This document shows positions 10,693-21,800 of a DNA stretch of 64,000 nucleotides, in pieces; the first letter of the stretch is position 1, and every line of letters starts with the position of its first letter. A program made the position numbers and the translations under genes. This stretch comes from an uncultured cyanobacterium (lineage in GTDB: Bacteria > Cyanobacteriota > Cyanobacteriia > Cyanobacteriales > CAWUOF01), in contig CAVUSO010000001.1 in NCBI GenBank assembly GCA_963744145.1, positions 5,984,001 to 6,048,000 on the forward strand. Direction: 5' to 3'. The notes under the pieces are model-generated. The model did not search any database and was not told the origin of the DNA. It saw only the letters and a program-made list of their open reading frames with translations.

Positions 10693-10780
10693 GATACAAT
10701 TTATAACTAACCGGATTTTGTTGAGCATAATTTTCAACCTGCTTGACCAATAGATCAAATTTTTCTTTTGTCATGGCCAT
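10693..10780 (-). pseudogene. M48-family metallopeptidase, N-terminal fragment (MAMTKEKFDLLVKQVENYAQQNPVSYKLY)
   Basis: ATG at 10780 behind purine-rich AGAGAAG; joins the central fragment in frame. Confidence 0.8.
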
Positions 10781-10945
10781 ATACTTCTCTCGTTTTAATG
10801 AAAAAAATATTGATGGTATTGATGGGATTAAGCTTTGCGAAAACTTGATTTGCCTAAATTAGCTGATTGGGTTCAAACTATTTTTTTTAGCTCTAGTTAT
10901 TTTTCTGTTTTACTCAACTCTAAAAAATTTGTCAACTGATGATAT

Positions 10946-10975
10946 AAAAATAGGGGCAATTTTAAATTGCCCCTA
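10946..10975 (-). terminator. Intrinsic terminator after rbcS
   Basis: TAGGGGCAAT / ATTGCCCCTA stem followed by T5 on the minus strand. Confidence 0.75.
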
Positions 10976-11007
10976 CTTAATGTTTAAACTGTCCTAGAAC
11001 CGACCGA

Positions 11008-11343
11008 CTAGAAGCGGCTAGTGCTTGGTTTGTGGACAACAAAACTGAGAATTTGGCACTGTTTTATATTGTCAAAACCGACCACACGAACGAAATGATT
11101 ATTGTATTCAGAACGACAAGCTTGAACTTCACTGAGAACTTCTTGAGTAGTTCTGGCATTGAACAAAGGTAATTTCCACATTGTCCAATACAATTCCTCG
11201 GGTTTAGAATATTCATTGAACTCGATCGCTGGAATATATCCCTTATCAATGATGTACTGAATTTGCTTGGCAATTTGAGCGTCAGTCAAAGGGGGTAAAT
11301 AGGAGAAGGTTTCGTAACGACGCTCTTTCGGTAGAGTTTTCAT
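11008..11343 (-). CDS. rbcS: RuBisCO small subunit
   Basis: [29 protein letters not shown]. Confidence 0.98.
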   Translation of the reverse strand: MKTLPKERRYETFSYLPPLTDAQIAKQIQYIIDKGYIPAIEFNEYSKPEELYWTMWKLPLFNARTTQEVLSEVQACRSEYNNHFVRVVGFDNIKQCQILSFVVHKPSTSRF

Positions 11344-11380
11344 GTCTTGTCTCGTTCTAAATGGATCTAAATTAACTTAA

Positions 11381-11782
11381 TCAGTTATCCAAGTTCGGCT
11401 CAATGCTAATTTCGCGTTCCGGATGGTCGGTGGACTCAGCCCAATTTAGTTGAGTCATTCGTTCCAGATGATCCTTTCGATGACTAATATTTGCCTGACT
11501 AATATTAGCCCGAACCATTTCCGGTAAAAATTCTGCTACTTCCTGAGCTAAATGTTCTCGCACAATCATCAGTCGAAACGCTAAATCTGGCTGTTCTTGA
11601 AGTAACTCTTGGAGATAAACTTCTCCATCTTGGATTTTTTCCGGAGCGGAAAAGCGACTTAGCCATAAAGCTAAGGGAGGATTAGTTTCACTCAACTGGG
11701 CCATTACGGTGCGTAATGCTTGATAGGTCAGATAGCTAGTGAGTACCTTAGCTGTATCTTTGGCGATTTGTTTTAAATCCAT
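11381..11782 (-). CDS. rbcX: RuBisCO assembly chaperone RbcX
   Basis: MDLKQIAKDTAKVLTSYLTYQA; lies between rbcL and rbcS. Confidence 0.97.
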   Translation of the reverse strand: MDLKQIAKDTAKVLTSYLTYQALRTVMAQLSETNPPLALWLSRFSAPEKIQDGEVYLQELLQEQPDLAFRLMIVREHLAQEVAEFLPEMVRANISQANISHRKDHLERMTQLNWAESTDHPEREISIEPNLDN

Positions 11783-12031
11783 TTTGTGAATCTTTGATAT
11801 TAACAGTTGTCTGCTACCAAAATTCTTTCTAGATCCTGGGTGTTCTAGCCGTTATTAGGTACAACACCATATCTTTGATCACCTCAAAAAACAGCTATTG
11901 GGGATACTAAGCTAGCCTAATGCACAGAATTTGGCTAAAAATAGTCAAGATTTGTGAATAGTTAGCCGATCCTCCTATCTGACCCCAGTTGAGTTTAAGT
12001 GCAGAGTGGGTTTAACACTCAAAAGCTTAAA

Positions 12032-13462
12032 TCAAACTGTATCCATTGCCTCAAACTCAAACTTGATTTCTTTCCAGAGTTCGCAAGCAACAGCCAATTC
12101 TGGAGACCAACGTGCCGCTTCACGGATCACGTCGTTACCTTCACGGGCTAAGTTCCGACCTTCATTACGTGCTTGGACACAAGCTTCCAAAGCGACGCGG
12201 TTAGCAGTTGCTCCAGGAGCATTACCCCAGGGGTGTCCCAAAGTACCACCACCGAATTGGAGTACGGAATCATCACCAAAGATTTCGACCAGCGCGGGCA
12301 TATGCCAGATATGGATACCACCAGAAGCTACAGCCATCACACCAGGCATAGAAGCCCAATCTTGAGTAAAGTAGATCCCGCGAGATTTGTCTTGTTCAAC
12401 ATAGTTTTCCCGCAACAGATCCACGAATCCCATGGTAATGCCGCGTTCACCTTCAAGTTTACCTACGACTGTACCAGTGTGGATGTGGTCACCACCGGAC
12501 ATCCGTAAGCATTTGGCTAATACCCGGAAGTGAATTCCGTGGTTTTTCTGACGATCGATTACAGCGTGCATCGCACGGTGAATGTGCAATAGTAAACCAT
12601 TGTCACGACACCAGCGAGCTAAGGTTGTGTTAGCGGTGAAACCAGCGGTCAGATAGTCGTGCATGATGATGGGCATTTTTAGTTCTTTAGCGAACTCAGC
12701 CCGTTTCAGCATTTCTTCGCAGGTAGGAGCGGTAACGTTGAGGTAGTGACCTTTGATTTCTCCAGTTTCTGCTTGCGATTTAGCGATCGCATCAGCTACG
12801 AATAAAAAGCGATCGCGCCACCGTTGGAATGGTGCCGAGTTAATATTTTCGTCATCTTTGGTGAAGTCTAAACCACCGCGCAGACATTCATATACAGCGC
12901 GACCATAGTTCTTTGCAGATAGACCCAATTTGGGTTTAATGGTGCAACCGAGGAGAGGGCGACCATATTTATTTAATTTGTCGCGTTCAACTTGGATACC
13001 GTGAGGAGGTCCTTGGAATGTCTTTAAATAAGCAATGGGAATCCGCAAGTCTTCTAGACGCAAAGCCCGTAGTGCTTTAAATCCAAACACGTTACCGACG
13101 ATCGAGGTCAACATGTTGGTAACAGAGCCTTCTTCAAATAGATCTAAAGGATAGGCAACATAGCAAATATACTGATTATCTTCACCAGCAACTGGCTCGA
13201 TATCATAGCAACGGCCTTTATAACGATCTAGATCAGTCAGGAGGTCAGTCCATACAGTTGTCCAAGTCCCGGTGGAAGATTCAGCAGCTACAGCAGCACC
13301 TGCTTCTTCTGGTGGAACTCCGGGCTGAGGGGTGACACGGAAAGCAGCCAGAATATCTGTATCTTTGGGTGTGTAATCTGGAGTGTAATAAGTTAGCCTA
13401 TAATCTTTTACCCCGGCTTGATACCCAGTTTTGCTCTGAGTTTTAGTTTGAGCGTATGACAT
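12032..13462 (-). CDS. rbcL: RuBisCO large subunit, form IB
   Basis: [11 protein letters not shown] active-site motif; 476 aa. Confidence 0.99.
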   Translation of the reverse strand: MSYAQTKTQSKTGYQAGVKDYRLTYYTPDYTPKDTDILAAFRVTPQPGVPPEEAGAAVAAESSTGTWTTVWTDLLTDLDRYKGRCYDIEPVAGEDNQYICYVAYPLDLFEEGSVTNMLTSIVGNVFGFKALRALRLEDLRIPIAYLKTFQGPPHGIQVERDKLNKYGRPLLGCTIKPKLGLSAKNYGRAVYECLRGGLDFTKDDENINSAPFQRWRDRFLFVADAIAKSQAETGEIKGHYLNVTAPTCEEMLKRAEFAKELKMPIIMHDYLTAGFTANTTLARWCRDNGLLLHIHRAMHAVIDRQKNHGIHFRVLAKCLRMSGGDHIHTGTVVGKLEGERGITMGFVDLLRENYVEQDKSRGIYFTQDWASMPGVMAVASGGIHIWHMPALVEIFGDDSVLQFGGGTLGHPWGNAPGATANRVALEACVQARNEGRNLAREGNDVIREAARWSPELAVACELWKEIKFEFEAMDTV

Positions 13463-13856
13463 ATTTTCCTTCCTGAGGAGTTACTGCGATTGTCCCAGTT
13501 TTAGGGACAATTTCAAATATAACAGGAAAGCGATAATTTATATTTCAAATATACTATAGGTAAATATAACTAATTTTTATCAATCGGTATTTTGGTGATT
13601 TAGGTCACAGAAAGGGGCTAAAAACAACGAAAAACTGATATTCTCTAGCTAGGGATCAGAAAAGTAGACGTAAGAGCAACCGCAAATTATGGGAAAAAAG
13701 ATGTCACAAAAACAATATAATTGCAGGTTACGTTTTCGTAACAAACCATTATTTATTAATGAACAGCTTTTTTCTAACTACCAAAAAGTTCCAGTGTCAA
13801 GTTAAAATCTAAAAGCTATGGCCGTTTTACTCTAAACATATTAATTTGTAACGATT

Positions 13857-15635
13857 GTGCCTCAATCTACTGTGAGTGCCATTCACTGTATTAATCCAGA
13901 TTGTCCCTCTCCGATTTTGACAGATTGGGGCAATAATTTTTGTCAAAATTGTGGGGCACCCTTGCGGTTGAATAATCGCTATGTACCCTTACAACGTTTA
14001 GGTTCGGGAGGTTTTGCTGTCACCTATACGGTCTATGATATGCACAGCAAAATTGAGCGAGTGCTGAAGGTATTGGTCGAAAGTAGTCCCAAAGTCCTCG
14101 AACTCTTTGAGCAAGAAGCTCGGGTTTTAGCGAGTTTAAGACATCCAGGAATACCTAAAGTCGAAGCAGATAATTATTTTCAGATTTCCATTGGTTATCC
14201 ACCTCGACGAGTTCTCCCTTGTCTAGTGATGGAAAAAATTAATGGTCCCACTTTACAAGATATTCTTAGTCAATATCCCCAAGGATGTCCAGAATCTGAT
14301 GTGATTGACTGGTTAAAACAAGCTGTAGAGATATTACGTCAGTTACATACTTGTCACATTATTCATCGTGATCTTAAACCGGCAAATTTTATGCTGCGGA
14401 TGTCCCCTCGTTCTTATCAAGGTCCACAATGGGGTCAATTAGTCGCGATCGATTTTGGTGGAGTGAAACAGCTTGGTTCCCTGAAACCTCAAACAGATGT
14501 TAGTTCAACTCGGTTATTCTCTCCGGGTTATAGTCCACCGGAACAATTTGCGGGTGGTACAATTACTCCTGGAGCAGATTTTTATGCTTTGGGTCGGACA
14601 TTTATTCATTTGTTAACAGGTCGTTATCCGGTTGACTTAGAAAATCCACGCACAGGAGAGTTAGAATGGCGATCGCTAGTCAAAGTTACCCCAGCTTTGG
14701 CTGATTTACTCGATGAAATGGTCCAAGCTAATCTTAGCAAAAGACCGACTAATGCTGCTGAAGTTCAAAATCGTCTTGCCCGAATTTCTCGGAATTTAAT
14801 TAGAGCTAAAAAAAATCGTCTTTTCCCCAGCATTAAAATCCAGCAATCCTTGACAAATTGGTTGGGTTTATTGTTATATGCGATCGCAACTATCATCAAA
14901 TCAATCTTTTCTATAGTAATTTCTATTTATAAATTTATCTTCGGTATTATTTTTTCCTGTACTGATACTTTATGGGGGACAATTTTAGGTGGTATAGGTG
15001 CTGGTGGAGGAAGTTTAATTGGACTTGGTGTCTTTCAATTTTGCCGGGAATTTTTAAATAATTCTGAGTATGAATCAGATTTATTAAAATTAAATTCTTT
15101 GAGCTGTAAAATTAATTTTATATTTAATATTTGGCTTCCCCATCACCAAATCTCTTTTGGACCAGAAATATTTTTGTTTGGATTTGCTGGATTAGGGACA
15201 GCTTACGGTTTAACACTTTCTGGAAGTTTTCGTCAACAGCGAGAATTTTGGCTATCCGGATTTATGGGTAGCATTGGCTATTTATTTGGCATATTAATTT
15301 TATTTTTACAAATAGCTGATTTACCGACCAAATATTTAACATTTACATCCTTCGCGATCGGTTCTTTAACCCTAGGATTAGGTTTACCTAGTCATAATTT
15401 TATCCATGCTGTTTTTGCTACCATAATTACCACCATAATTTTATTAGGTTTAAGCCAAGGAATCGGGTTGAATCTCGATTGGTGGGTCATCTCCTGTCCA
15501 CTGGATGGACTTGATTCACCCCAAATTTTAACCGCTATGACTTTTTTGATTGTCTTAGGTAGCAGTATTGGTCTTAGTCTTGGGATTAGTTCTTATATTT
15601 TTATCCCTTTCCTGAGTTTTTTAGGTTTCCGTTAA
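13857..15635 (+). CDS. Ser/Thr protein kinase with N-terminal 4-Cys zinc ribbon and C-terminal multi-TM region
   Basis: CINPDC..FCQNCG, LGSGGF, HRDLKPAN, IDFG, GYSPPEQ. Confidence 0.92.
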   Translation: MPQSTVSAIHCINPDCPSPILTDWGNNFCQNCGAPLRLNNRYVPLQRLGSGGFAVTYTVYDMHSKIERVLKVLVESSPKVLELFEQEARVLASLRHPGIPKVEADNYFQISIGYPPRRVLPCLVMEKINGPTLQDILSQYPQGCPESDVIDWLKQAVEILRQLHTCHIIHRDLKPANFMLRMSPRSYQGPQWGQLVAIDFGGVKQLGSLKPQTDVSSTRLFSPGYSPPEQFAGGTITPGADFYALGRTFIHLLTGRYPVDLENPRTGELEWRSLVKVTPALADLLDEMVQANLSKRPTNAAEVQNRLARISRNLIRAKKNRLFPSIKIQQSLTNWLGLLLYAIATIIKSIFSIVISIYKFIFGIIFSCTDTLWGTILGGIGAGGGSLIGLGVFQFCREFLNNSEYESDLLKLNSLSCKINFIFNIWLPHHQISFGPEIFLFGFAGLGTAYGLTLSGSFRQQREFWLSGFMGSIGYLFGILILFLQIADLPTKYLTFTSFAIGSLTLGLGLPSHNFIHAVFATIITTIILLGLSQGIGLNLDWWVISCPLDGLDSPQILTAMTFLIVLGSSIGLSLGISSYIFIPFLSFLGFR

Positions 15636-15717
15636 ATTTGGTCTACTGGAAAATTTAAGCGATCGCCAAAAAATAATAAGTTAAGCCATAATAAGAATAA
15701 ATTCTAAATCTGTCACA

Positions 15718-16737
15718 ATGCGAACCATACTATTATACTTAAGCTTATTTGGGATCATATTTTCCCCATCTTTGGGACTAGCTCAGTCACTTCCTACTTC
15801 CCAAACCCCCAAATATGGACATGATGCTCCACCTCAAAACAGTCCTCTACCCCAGGAAAGCGTCCCAGAAGTAAATGATTATCGGATTACAGCTTTACAG
15901 AAAGATTTTTTAGGAAATCTTTGGGTAGGTTCTTGGCAAGGATTAGCGCAAATTAACCCAAATACTGGTAACATCATCAAAAGAATTACCCTTCCTAATA
16001 CTACGATCGGAGCATTAACCCAAGATAAATCTGGGAGAATTTGGGTAGGAACTTTTGAGGGTTTATTACGAGTTGATCCCCGAGTTAATAAGGTGACAGC
16101 CCAAAATATTAACTTACCTTCAGAACGGATTTTGTCACTTTTAATTGATCAACGTGGTTATTTGTGGGTAGGGGGAGATCGGGGGTTAGCTTTAGTTAGT
16201 CCAGATCAAGGTTTAACGATGACTACGGTCAAAAAATTACCTGGTGTCAGTGCTAATGCTCTCACATTAGATCGTAATGGTTCTGTTTGGGTTGGTACTC
16301 TAACTGGATTAGTCAAGATTAATAGTAGTAATGCTCTAATTCTGGATCAGGTTACTAACTTATCTGGGGTGACAGTCCAAGCTTTAGTAACAAGTCCTAA
16401 AGGTACAATTTGGGTGGGAACAACTAACAGTTTGCTAGAAATTGATCCTAATTCCGGCAATGTTTTACAATCAGTAGATGAATTAGCAGGTAGTAATATT
16501 AAATCGCTCCGTTTTGATAGTGCTGATAGTCTTTGGGTAGGTACAGATAATGGTTTATTTCGGTTTTTCCCCAGTGTGAAAAAAGTAGTTGGTCAAATTC
16601 CTAATCTTCCTTCTAGTCGGGTTTTATCTTTATCTCCAGATACAGGTAATAAATTATGGGTAGGAACAACAGAAGGACTTGCTTGGGTAAGTATGACAAC
16701 TTGGAAAGCTAAGTCACTTGTACCTTTTGCTCGTTGA
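15718..16737 (+). CDS. Secreted beta-propeller protein (two-component regulator propeller repeats)
   Basis: Signal peptide; repeated DxxGxLWVGTxxGL motifs. Confidence 0.85.
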   Translation: MRTILLYLSLFGIIFSPSLGLAQSLPTSQTPKYGHDAPPQNSPLPQESVPEVNDYRITALQKDFLGNLWVGSWQGLAQINPNTGNIIKRITLPNTTIGALTQDKSGRIWVGTFEGLLRVDPRVNKVTAQNINLPSERILSLLIDQRGYLWVGGDRGLALVSPDQGLTMTTVKKLPGVSANALTLDRNGSVWVGTLTGLVKINSSNALILDQVTNLSGVTVQALVTSPKGTIWVGTTNSLLEIDPNSGNVLQSVDELAGSNIKSLRFDSADSLWVGTDNGLFRFFPSVKKVVGQIPNLPSSRVLSLSPDTGNKLWVGTTEGLAWVSMTTWKAKSLVPFAR

Positions 16738-16796
16738 TCAGCATCGATCGGTTAAAATACAGCGTATTTGTGAATAACTAAGTTTTTGTTAAATTT

Positions 16797-17423
16797 ATGA
16801 AAATTGCAATCATTTCTGATATTCATGGAAATTGGTCTGGGTTGAGTACGGTGTTAGATGATATTAAATTACGTCAAATCGAGCAAATTATTTGTTTAGG
16901 TGATGTAGTTGATGGGGGAGATGAAAATGATACAGTTGTGGATTGGTTGAAAGCAAATAATATCTCTACTGTCCAAGGAAATCACGATCAGAGTTATGAT
17001 TGTCGTCTGTCACCAGAGAATAGAGATTGGTTAAGTCATCTTCCTCGAATAATTGTGAAAAATGATGTTTGCTTTACTCATATTTCTCCAAGAGTTAAGC
17101 AAACAAAAGTTACTAATAATATCGAAGCTTGGAATATATTTGATGAGACTGATTACCGATTATGTTTTATTGGACATATTCATTTTCCAGCTCTATTTGG
17201 AGCTGAAAATGAAGAATTTGGAGAATCCCGTTCCTACGAAGTTGATCAAGGTTATTACCATCTAAATTCAGCCGATCGCTATATCATTTCCTTTGGAGCG
17301 ATCGGCTATCCTCGTGGAGGTGGAAAATTTATTCGCTACGGGATTTTTGATTCTAATCAGAACAGTGTCGAATTTATTAAATTACAGGGAACACTTTTGC
17401 CTTATGGCTTATGTTCTTATTGA
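16797..17423 (+). CDS. Metallophosphoesterase (calcineurin-like)
   Basis: SDIHGN, LGDVVD, GNHD, GHIH motifs. Confidence 0.9.
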   Translation: MKIAIISDIHGNWSGLSTVLDDIKLRQIEQIICLGDVVDGGDENDTVVDWLKANNISTVQGNHDQSYDCRLSPENRDWLSHLPRIIVKNDVCFTHISPRVKQTKVTNNIEAWNIFDETDYRLCFIGHIHFPALFGAENEEFGESRSYEVDQGYYHLNSADRYIISFGAIGYPRGGGKFIRYGIFDSNQNSVEFIKLQGTLLPYGLCSY

Positions 17424-17442
17424 AAATATTAATTCTGGTAAA

Positions 17443-18603
17443 TTAGTATTCTTGCTCCCAATGATCAGAAAACCCATACTCTTCCAGCTTGCTATTGCGT
17501 CGAATATCACAAGTTGCACAGTGGAAAGAGCCACCAAAGCTATAAAAGTGTCGGAAATCAACCGGAATAACCTGAAATCCTAACTTTTGCAAAAGCTTCT
17601 GAGTTGCTTCTTCCTGTCTTTCGACAATAATCCGTTCTGGATCTAAACTGAGAATATTCATGCTCACCCACTTACTCGCGATCGGAAGGTGCCAATAGTC
17701 TGGAGTAGCTGGAGGTGCTGTCTCAATCAAATCCCAACCAGCTTTCTTAAACAGTTCACTATGTTCAGGAGGACGGATCGGATTAATCAAAGCTAATCCC
17801 GGTTTAAGTGGTACTAAGGAAGCGTCTATGTGCATCGGGTTGAAATCTTTGAACTTGATGATATGTACTCGGTACTGTTTACCTAAGTGCTGTCTCAACC
17901 AGGTGATCCCCATCATATTAGTGACATGACTACGCTGGACAAAAATATCACGCCCAAAACGGACCAGATCAGCCGCATCAAAACAGGGTTCAAACTCAGT
18001 AGTTACATACTTACCTTTGCTCACTAATAATTCTTGCTCTTCTGGAGACATGGCGGCAAACTCAAAATCGTAGAGTTCGTCAGACATCAAAGGTTTCGGT
18101 GCAGTTGTCCATCTAGCTCCTGTTAAAAGATACTCCTTCATTAAAGAACGGTAAGCTCGGTATTCAAAAAATCGCGATCGCCATGCCATTGGTGCTTCAA
18201 TAATTTCATTTCCAATCACAATTAACAGATCGCGGGGCATAGCTGCGTACATTCCTGTAGCAGCAAAATCTGGAGTTTGATAAGTTTGAGAAAAGTCGAT
18301 TAGAGCTGGTCGTCGAACCGTAACTCCTTCTTCTGCTAAGATATGGCAAAACTCATCTAATTCCCGTGACGCTGCTTTTACCAGTTCTTCAGGAAAAGGA
18401 CGCCCACCTTGCTTTTGAAAAAACTCCCAGTATTTAGAAGGGGCATCTACCTTAACATTGGCTTCAAAATGAGGTATAGTAGCGCCTTCAACGTGACCAA
18501 CAATTACTTCTTGGAGAGTATCCCATTCGTTATAACTGTTGACGATCGGCAGTTTCTGGGTGAAACCTGTTACTTTAATTTCGGCAGAATAATTTGTTGG
18601 CAA
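17443..18603 (-). CDS. Amidinotransferase (glycine amidinotransferase / CyrA-like family)
   Basis: NSYNEWDTLQEVIVG, MPRD, RSRFFEYRAYR, FDAAD, MHID, GGSFHCATCD (catalytic Asp/His/Cys). Confidence 0.92.
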   Translation of the reverse strand: MPTNYSAEIKVTGFTQKLPIVNSYNEWDTLQEVIVGHVEGATIPHFEANVKVDAPSKYWEFFQKQGGRPFPEELVKAASRELDEFCHILAEEGVTVRRPALIDFSQTYQTPDFAATGMYAAMPRDLLIVIGNEIIEAPMAWRSRFFEYRAYRSLMKEYLLTGARWTTAPKPLMSDELYDFEFAAMSPEEQELLVSKGKYVTTEFEPCFDAADLVRFGRDIFVQRSHVTNMMGITWLRQHLGKQYRVHIIKFKDFNPMHIDASLVPLKPGLALINPIRPPEHSELFKKAGWDLIETAPPATPDYWHLPIASKWVSMNILSLDPERIIVERQEEATQKLLQKLGFQVIPVDFRHFYSFGGSFHCATCDIRRNSKLEEYGFSDHWEQEY

Positions 18604-18881
18604 ATTAATATTCCCGACAAATCCATTATTAGTAGTTATACAATACTCCGGACACTTTGCTGAGAGAAAATGGTTTATAGGTATAATTGACCAACCAATG
18701 ATTTTTGGCTAATAGTCAAAAATCAGACTTGAGCCACTGAGATCACCAAAAAAATATCGATCGTGAGAGAATAAACCCATGTAAATTCGACCCGACCGAT
18801 AATCATGAATTTTCTAGAAAACATCTTAACTCGACTCGCCGGGATTAGTAAAGCCCAAACCAAATTTTTCTGTAGGGCAAA

Positions 18882-18926
18882 CTTCGACTACGCGAGCAGG
18901 TAAACGAGCGGGTAAACTCAGGGTAA
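18882..18926. repeat. Small dispersed repeat CTTCGACTACG|CTCAGGGTAA interrupted by two 12-nt units
   Basis: CTTCGACTACG[CGAGCAGGTAAA][CGAGCGGGTAAA]CTCAGGGTAA; related to 59067..59114. Confidence 0.6.
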
Positions 18927-19019
18927 TCGTTTCAGCAATTATTTACTTGCCGAAACGCTCCCATCTCCTACATTTAACTGAACTGTATTGATCTATATTA
19001 TCTATAAAACTATCTTTGT

Positions 19020-20354
19020 CTAATTAGGGTTTACTCCTGATGCGCTATCAACAGCCATTGTTCTCCGCTCAATCATTTCTAATAACAAGTATCTGCTTAG
19101 ATATGATTTAATCTTAGGTTGGATAACCAGCTCTAGAAAACTTGATAATGATATTGTGATCATAATCCAAATTAATAAACCTAGTAAAAAACTCAAACCT
19201 GTTCCCTGCCAAGGCAAGTATTTATTCATTAGGATCGCGATCGGCATATGTAATAGATAGAAAGCATAAGAGATCCGACCCATAAAAGTCATTTTTTTTA
19301 AGCTGTTAACTGATGTATCATATTTAACCAATATAATTGCAAGTATAGTGGCCAAAGATGCTACTACCAATTGTGGACTTTGAAAAACATATCCCTTCCA
19401 AATTATCCAAACCAGGTAAAAGATAGGCAGCAAGAAACAGAGTAAACGCCAATAAATAAAACCATAAAAATAGCGACCTGTGATTTCACAGATTATTAAT
19501 ATACAGATTGGTAGAATTGTGAGGTCAGCCAGACTGACCATACCAGAAAAAACTGGATAGTTTAAAATCAATTTACATGTGAAAAAATGATTGGTAGCAT
19601 GAAATAATAAAATATAGCTAATCAGAGGAAAAAAGGATTTTTTCTGACTAGAAGGTGGTACTTTCCATGATAATAATAATCCACTCAACCAAAAAATCCA
19701 TCCGGACGCATAACTAGAAATAAATTGTGGAAATGACGGCAGAAACCAGCCAATAACACTGATGAGAAGAGTACCTAAAAATAAATCTAAGATTTTAGGT
19801 CGCAACCACCAGACTAAAATAAAGACAAAGTAATATAGAATTTCGTAATTTAAACTCCATACAGCTACATTACTTGCTAAAGGAGGTAGGGAAAAAGAAA
19901 AGTATTTATCAAAATTTTGTAAGAAAAATAAATTTCCTAAAACTAGGTTTAATTTTTCATTCGGTTTAGCTAATACTGCCAAACAAATAGCAATGAAATA
20001 AATTGGTAAAATTCTCATGGCACGGCGTAATATATAATTATGAACCTGCTGAATTGAGAACTCTTTTGTGGTCGTTAAGCCAATGACATAGCCGGAGAGA
20101 ACAAAGAATAGTAAAACCGCACTATGTGCTGCTGGTAAGTAGCCAAAATAAATATTGGGATGGTAGGTAGGGTCTAAAAAATTTTTGAGAAATAAAACAT
20201 GAAATAATGCCACTGATAATGCAGCAAGTCCTCTAATACCCTCTAAGTTAAAGTCATAGCTTGAATTTTTTTCTAAGGAGCAATCACTTCTATTATTAGG
20301 TTCTATTTTTGCATTAATTTTCAGATTTTGCAACCAAGTTTTAAACGTTTTCAT
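19020..20354 (-). CDS. Acyltransferase family 3 (membrane O-acyltransferase)
   Basis: LEGIRGLAALSVALFH, VLLFFVLSGYVI, WSLNYEILYY, GRISYAFYLLH; start uncertain (ATG 20354, or 20390 per ORF track). Confidence 0.88.
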   Translation of the reverse strand: MKTFKTWLQNLKINAKIEPNNRSDCSLEKNSSYDFNLEGIRGLAALSVALFHVLFLKNFLDPTYHPNIYFGYLPAAHSAVLLFFVLSGYVIGLTTTKEFSIQQVHNYILRRAMRILPIYFIAICLAVLAKPNEKLNLVLGNLFFLQNFDKYFSFSLPPLASNVAVWSLNYEILYYFVFILVWWLRPKILDLFLGTLLISVIGWFLPSFPQFISSYASGWIFWLSGLLLSWKVPPSSQKKSFFPLISYILLFHATNHFFTCKLILNYPVFSGMVSLADLTILPICILIICEITGRYFYGFIYWRLLCFLLPIFYLVWIIWKGYVFQSPQLVVASLATILAIILVKYDTSVNSLKKMTFMGRISYAFYLLHMPIAILMNKYLPWQGTGLSFLLGLLIWIMITISLSSFLELVIQPKIKSYLSRYLLLEMIERRTMAVDSASGVNPN

Positions 20355-20579
20355 GAATTGAGCCAGGATTGAGAACAATGTATTTATCAATGGGGCGATC
20401 GCCTAAGATTCAGCAAAAACTATAACAGCATCAAGTACCAAGGCATAAACTGCAACATTGCGAGGATAATCAAGGTGTGATATGATGTCAAGGGCTGAGT
20501 CCTAATTCATCAAATCTAGTCTCAGCTTTTTTTTCGGCTTTGTCTAGTCTGTGAAACTAATTTTAAATAAGGAGGTAGG

Positions 20580-21497
20580 ATGAATAACCTAAATATAGAA
20601 AATATTTATGCCTCGCGCGTCAATTCAAAATTTACCATTATCGATCGCCAAGAGCCAATTATCTACAGCAATAATCTACCACCTGCATCGTTAAAGCCGG
20701 AACAAGTCCAGTTCTACTCTGACAACGGATTCCTTTTGATGGAAGGTTTTTTTAGTTCTCAAGAGGTAGAGATTTTCCGTCGAGAAGTGGAGCAACTAGC
20801 TACTTGTGAGGAAATCAAAAAGGCAGGAATAAGATTTACTGAAGGTGAAAGCGATATCCTGCGGTCTATCTATTGGATCCACGAACTTAGTCACCTATTC
20901 AAGCAGTTATCCCTAGATAAACGTATCCTTGATATTGTCTACTATTTTCTCAATGATCGGGTGTATATTCATCAGTCACGTATCAATTTCAAGCCAGCTT
21001 TTTCAGGTGGAAATTTCTACTGGCATTCGGATTTTGAAACCTGGCATGTCGAGGATGGAATGCCAAAAATGCGTGCAGTGAGTGCGATGATTACACTGAC
21101 CGAAAATACAGAACTTAATGCTCCATTAATGGTAATTCCCGGTTCTCACAAAAAGTACATCAGCTGTGTGGGAGCCACACCAGCAGAATACTATAAAGAG
21201 TCGTTGAAGTCGATGAAACGAGAAGATTATGGTGTTCCCGACCAAGCTAGTATCACACAACTGGCTGAAGAAAATGGTATTGTAGCCATAAAAGCAGCCG
21301 CAGGTTCCCTCATCTTTTTCGATTGCAACATTCTACATGGGTCAAATAACAACATCTCCCCCTATCCGCGTACTAATCTTTTCTTTATCTATAATAGTCT
21401 GGAGAACGCGTTGCAAAAACCATTTGGGGGACTCAAACCAAGACCTGAATTTCTCGCCACAAGAGAAAACATTAAACCTCTAAATAATTTAACTTGA
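20580..21497 (+). CDS. Ectoine-hydroxylase-like Fe(II)/2-oxoglutarate dioxygenase (PhyH superfamily)
   Basis: Full EctD signature FYWHSDFETWHVEDGMP and HGSNNNISPYPR; strong SD AAGGAGG. Confidence 0.88.
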   Translation: MNNLNIENIYASRVNSKFTIIDRQEPIIYSNNLPPASLKPEQVQFYSDNGFLLMEGFFSSQEVEIFRREVEQLATCEEIKKAGIRFTEGESDILRSIYWIHELSHLFKQLSLDKRILDIVYYFLNDRVYIHQSRINFKPAFSGGNFYWHSDFETWHVEDGMPKMRAVSAMITLTENTELNAPLMVIPGSHKKYISCVGATPAEYYKESLKSMKREDYGVPDQASITQLAEENGIVAIKAAAGSLIFFDCNILHGSNNNISPYPRTNLFFIYNSLENALQKPFGGLKPRPEFLATRENIKPLNNLT

Positions 21498-21541
21498 TGA
21501 TATCCTTGGAGCCATAACAATTTACTTGTCAAAATCTCGCA

Positions 21542-21592
21542 TAATGGTTAAGCTTTGATCCATTGTATAAGCTAACCAAAACTTAACCATTA
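21542..21592. repeat. Intergenic inverted repeat (possible stem-loop inside the cluster transcript)
   Basis: TAATGGTTAAGCTTTG / CAAAACTTAACCATTA, 15 of 16 complementary. Confidence 0.5.
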
Positions 21593-21800
21593 AGCTAGTA
21601 TTCAAAAAACTTCGGTGACGCGAATGTTCAATTTGACAGATATTTTTGTAGGGGCGTATTGCTATACGCTCATACTTGATCGTTTACTGATTCAATCAAT
21701 GCTCTTTTTCTGAGAGGTTTGAGGATAAATCTGTCAAAACCAACTTGATCAGCATGGAAAAAAGCCACAATTAATTTTTTATTAAAAAAGGAGGGTAATT

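Noticed and set aside
12006..12508. Short ORFs antisense to rbcL, and the similar 60-120 aa shadow ORFs across the window
   Set aside because: They overlap well-supported genes and show no recognisable motifs
13727..13742. Palindrome GTTACGTTTTCGTAAC between rbcL and the kinase as an NtcA site
   Set aside because: Does not fit GTA-N8-TAC; it could be another operator but there is no further support
20580..21497. Ectoine biosynthesis operon
   Set aside because: No ectA, ectB or ectC in the window, so the ectD symbol was withheld
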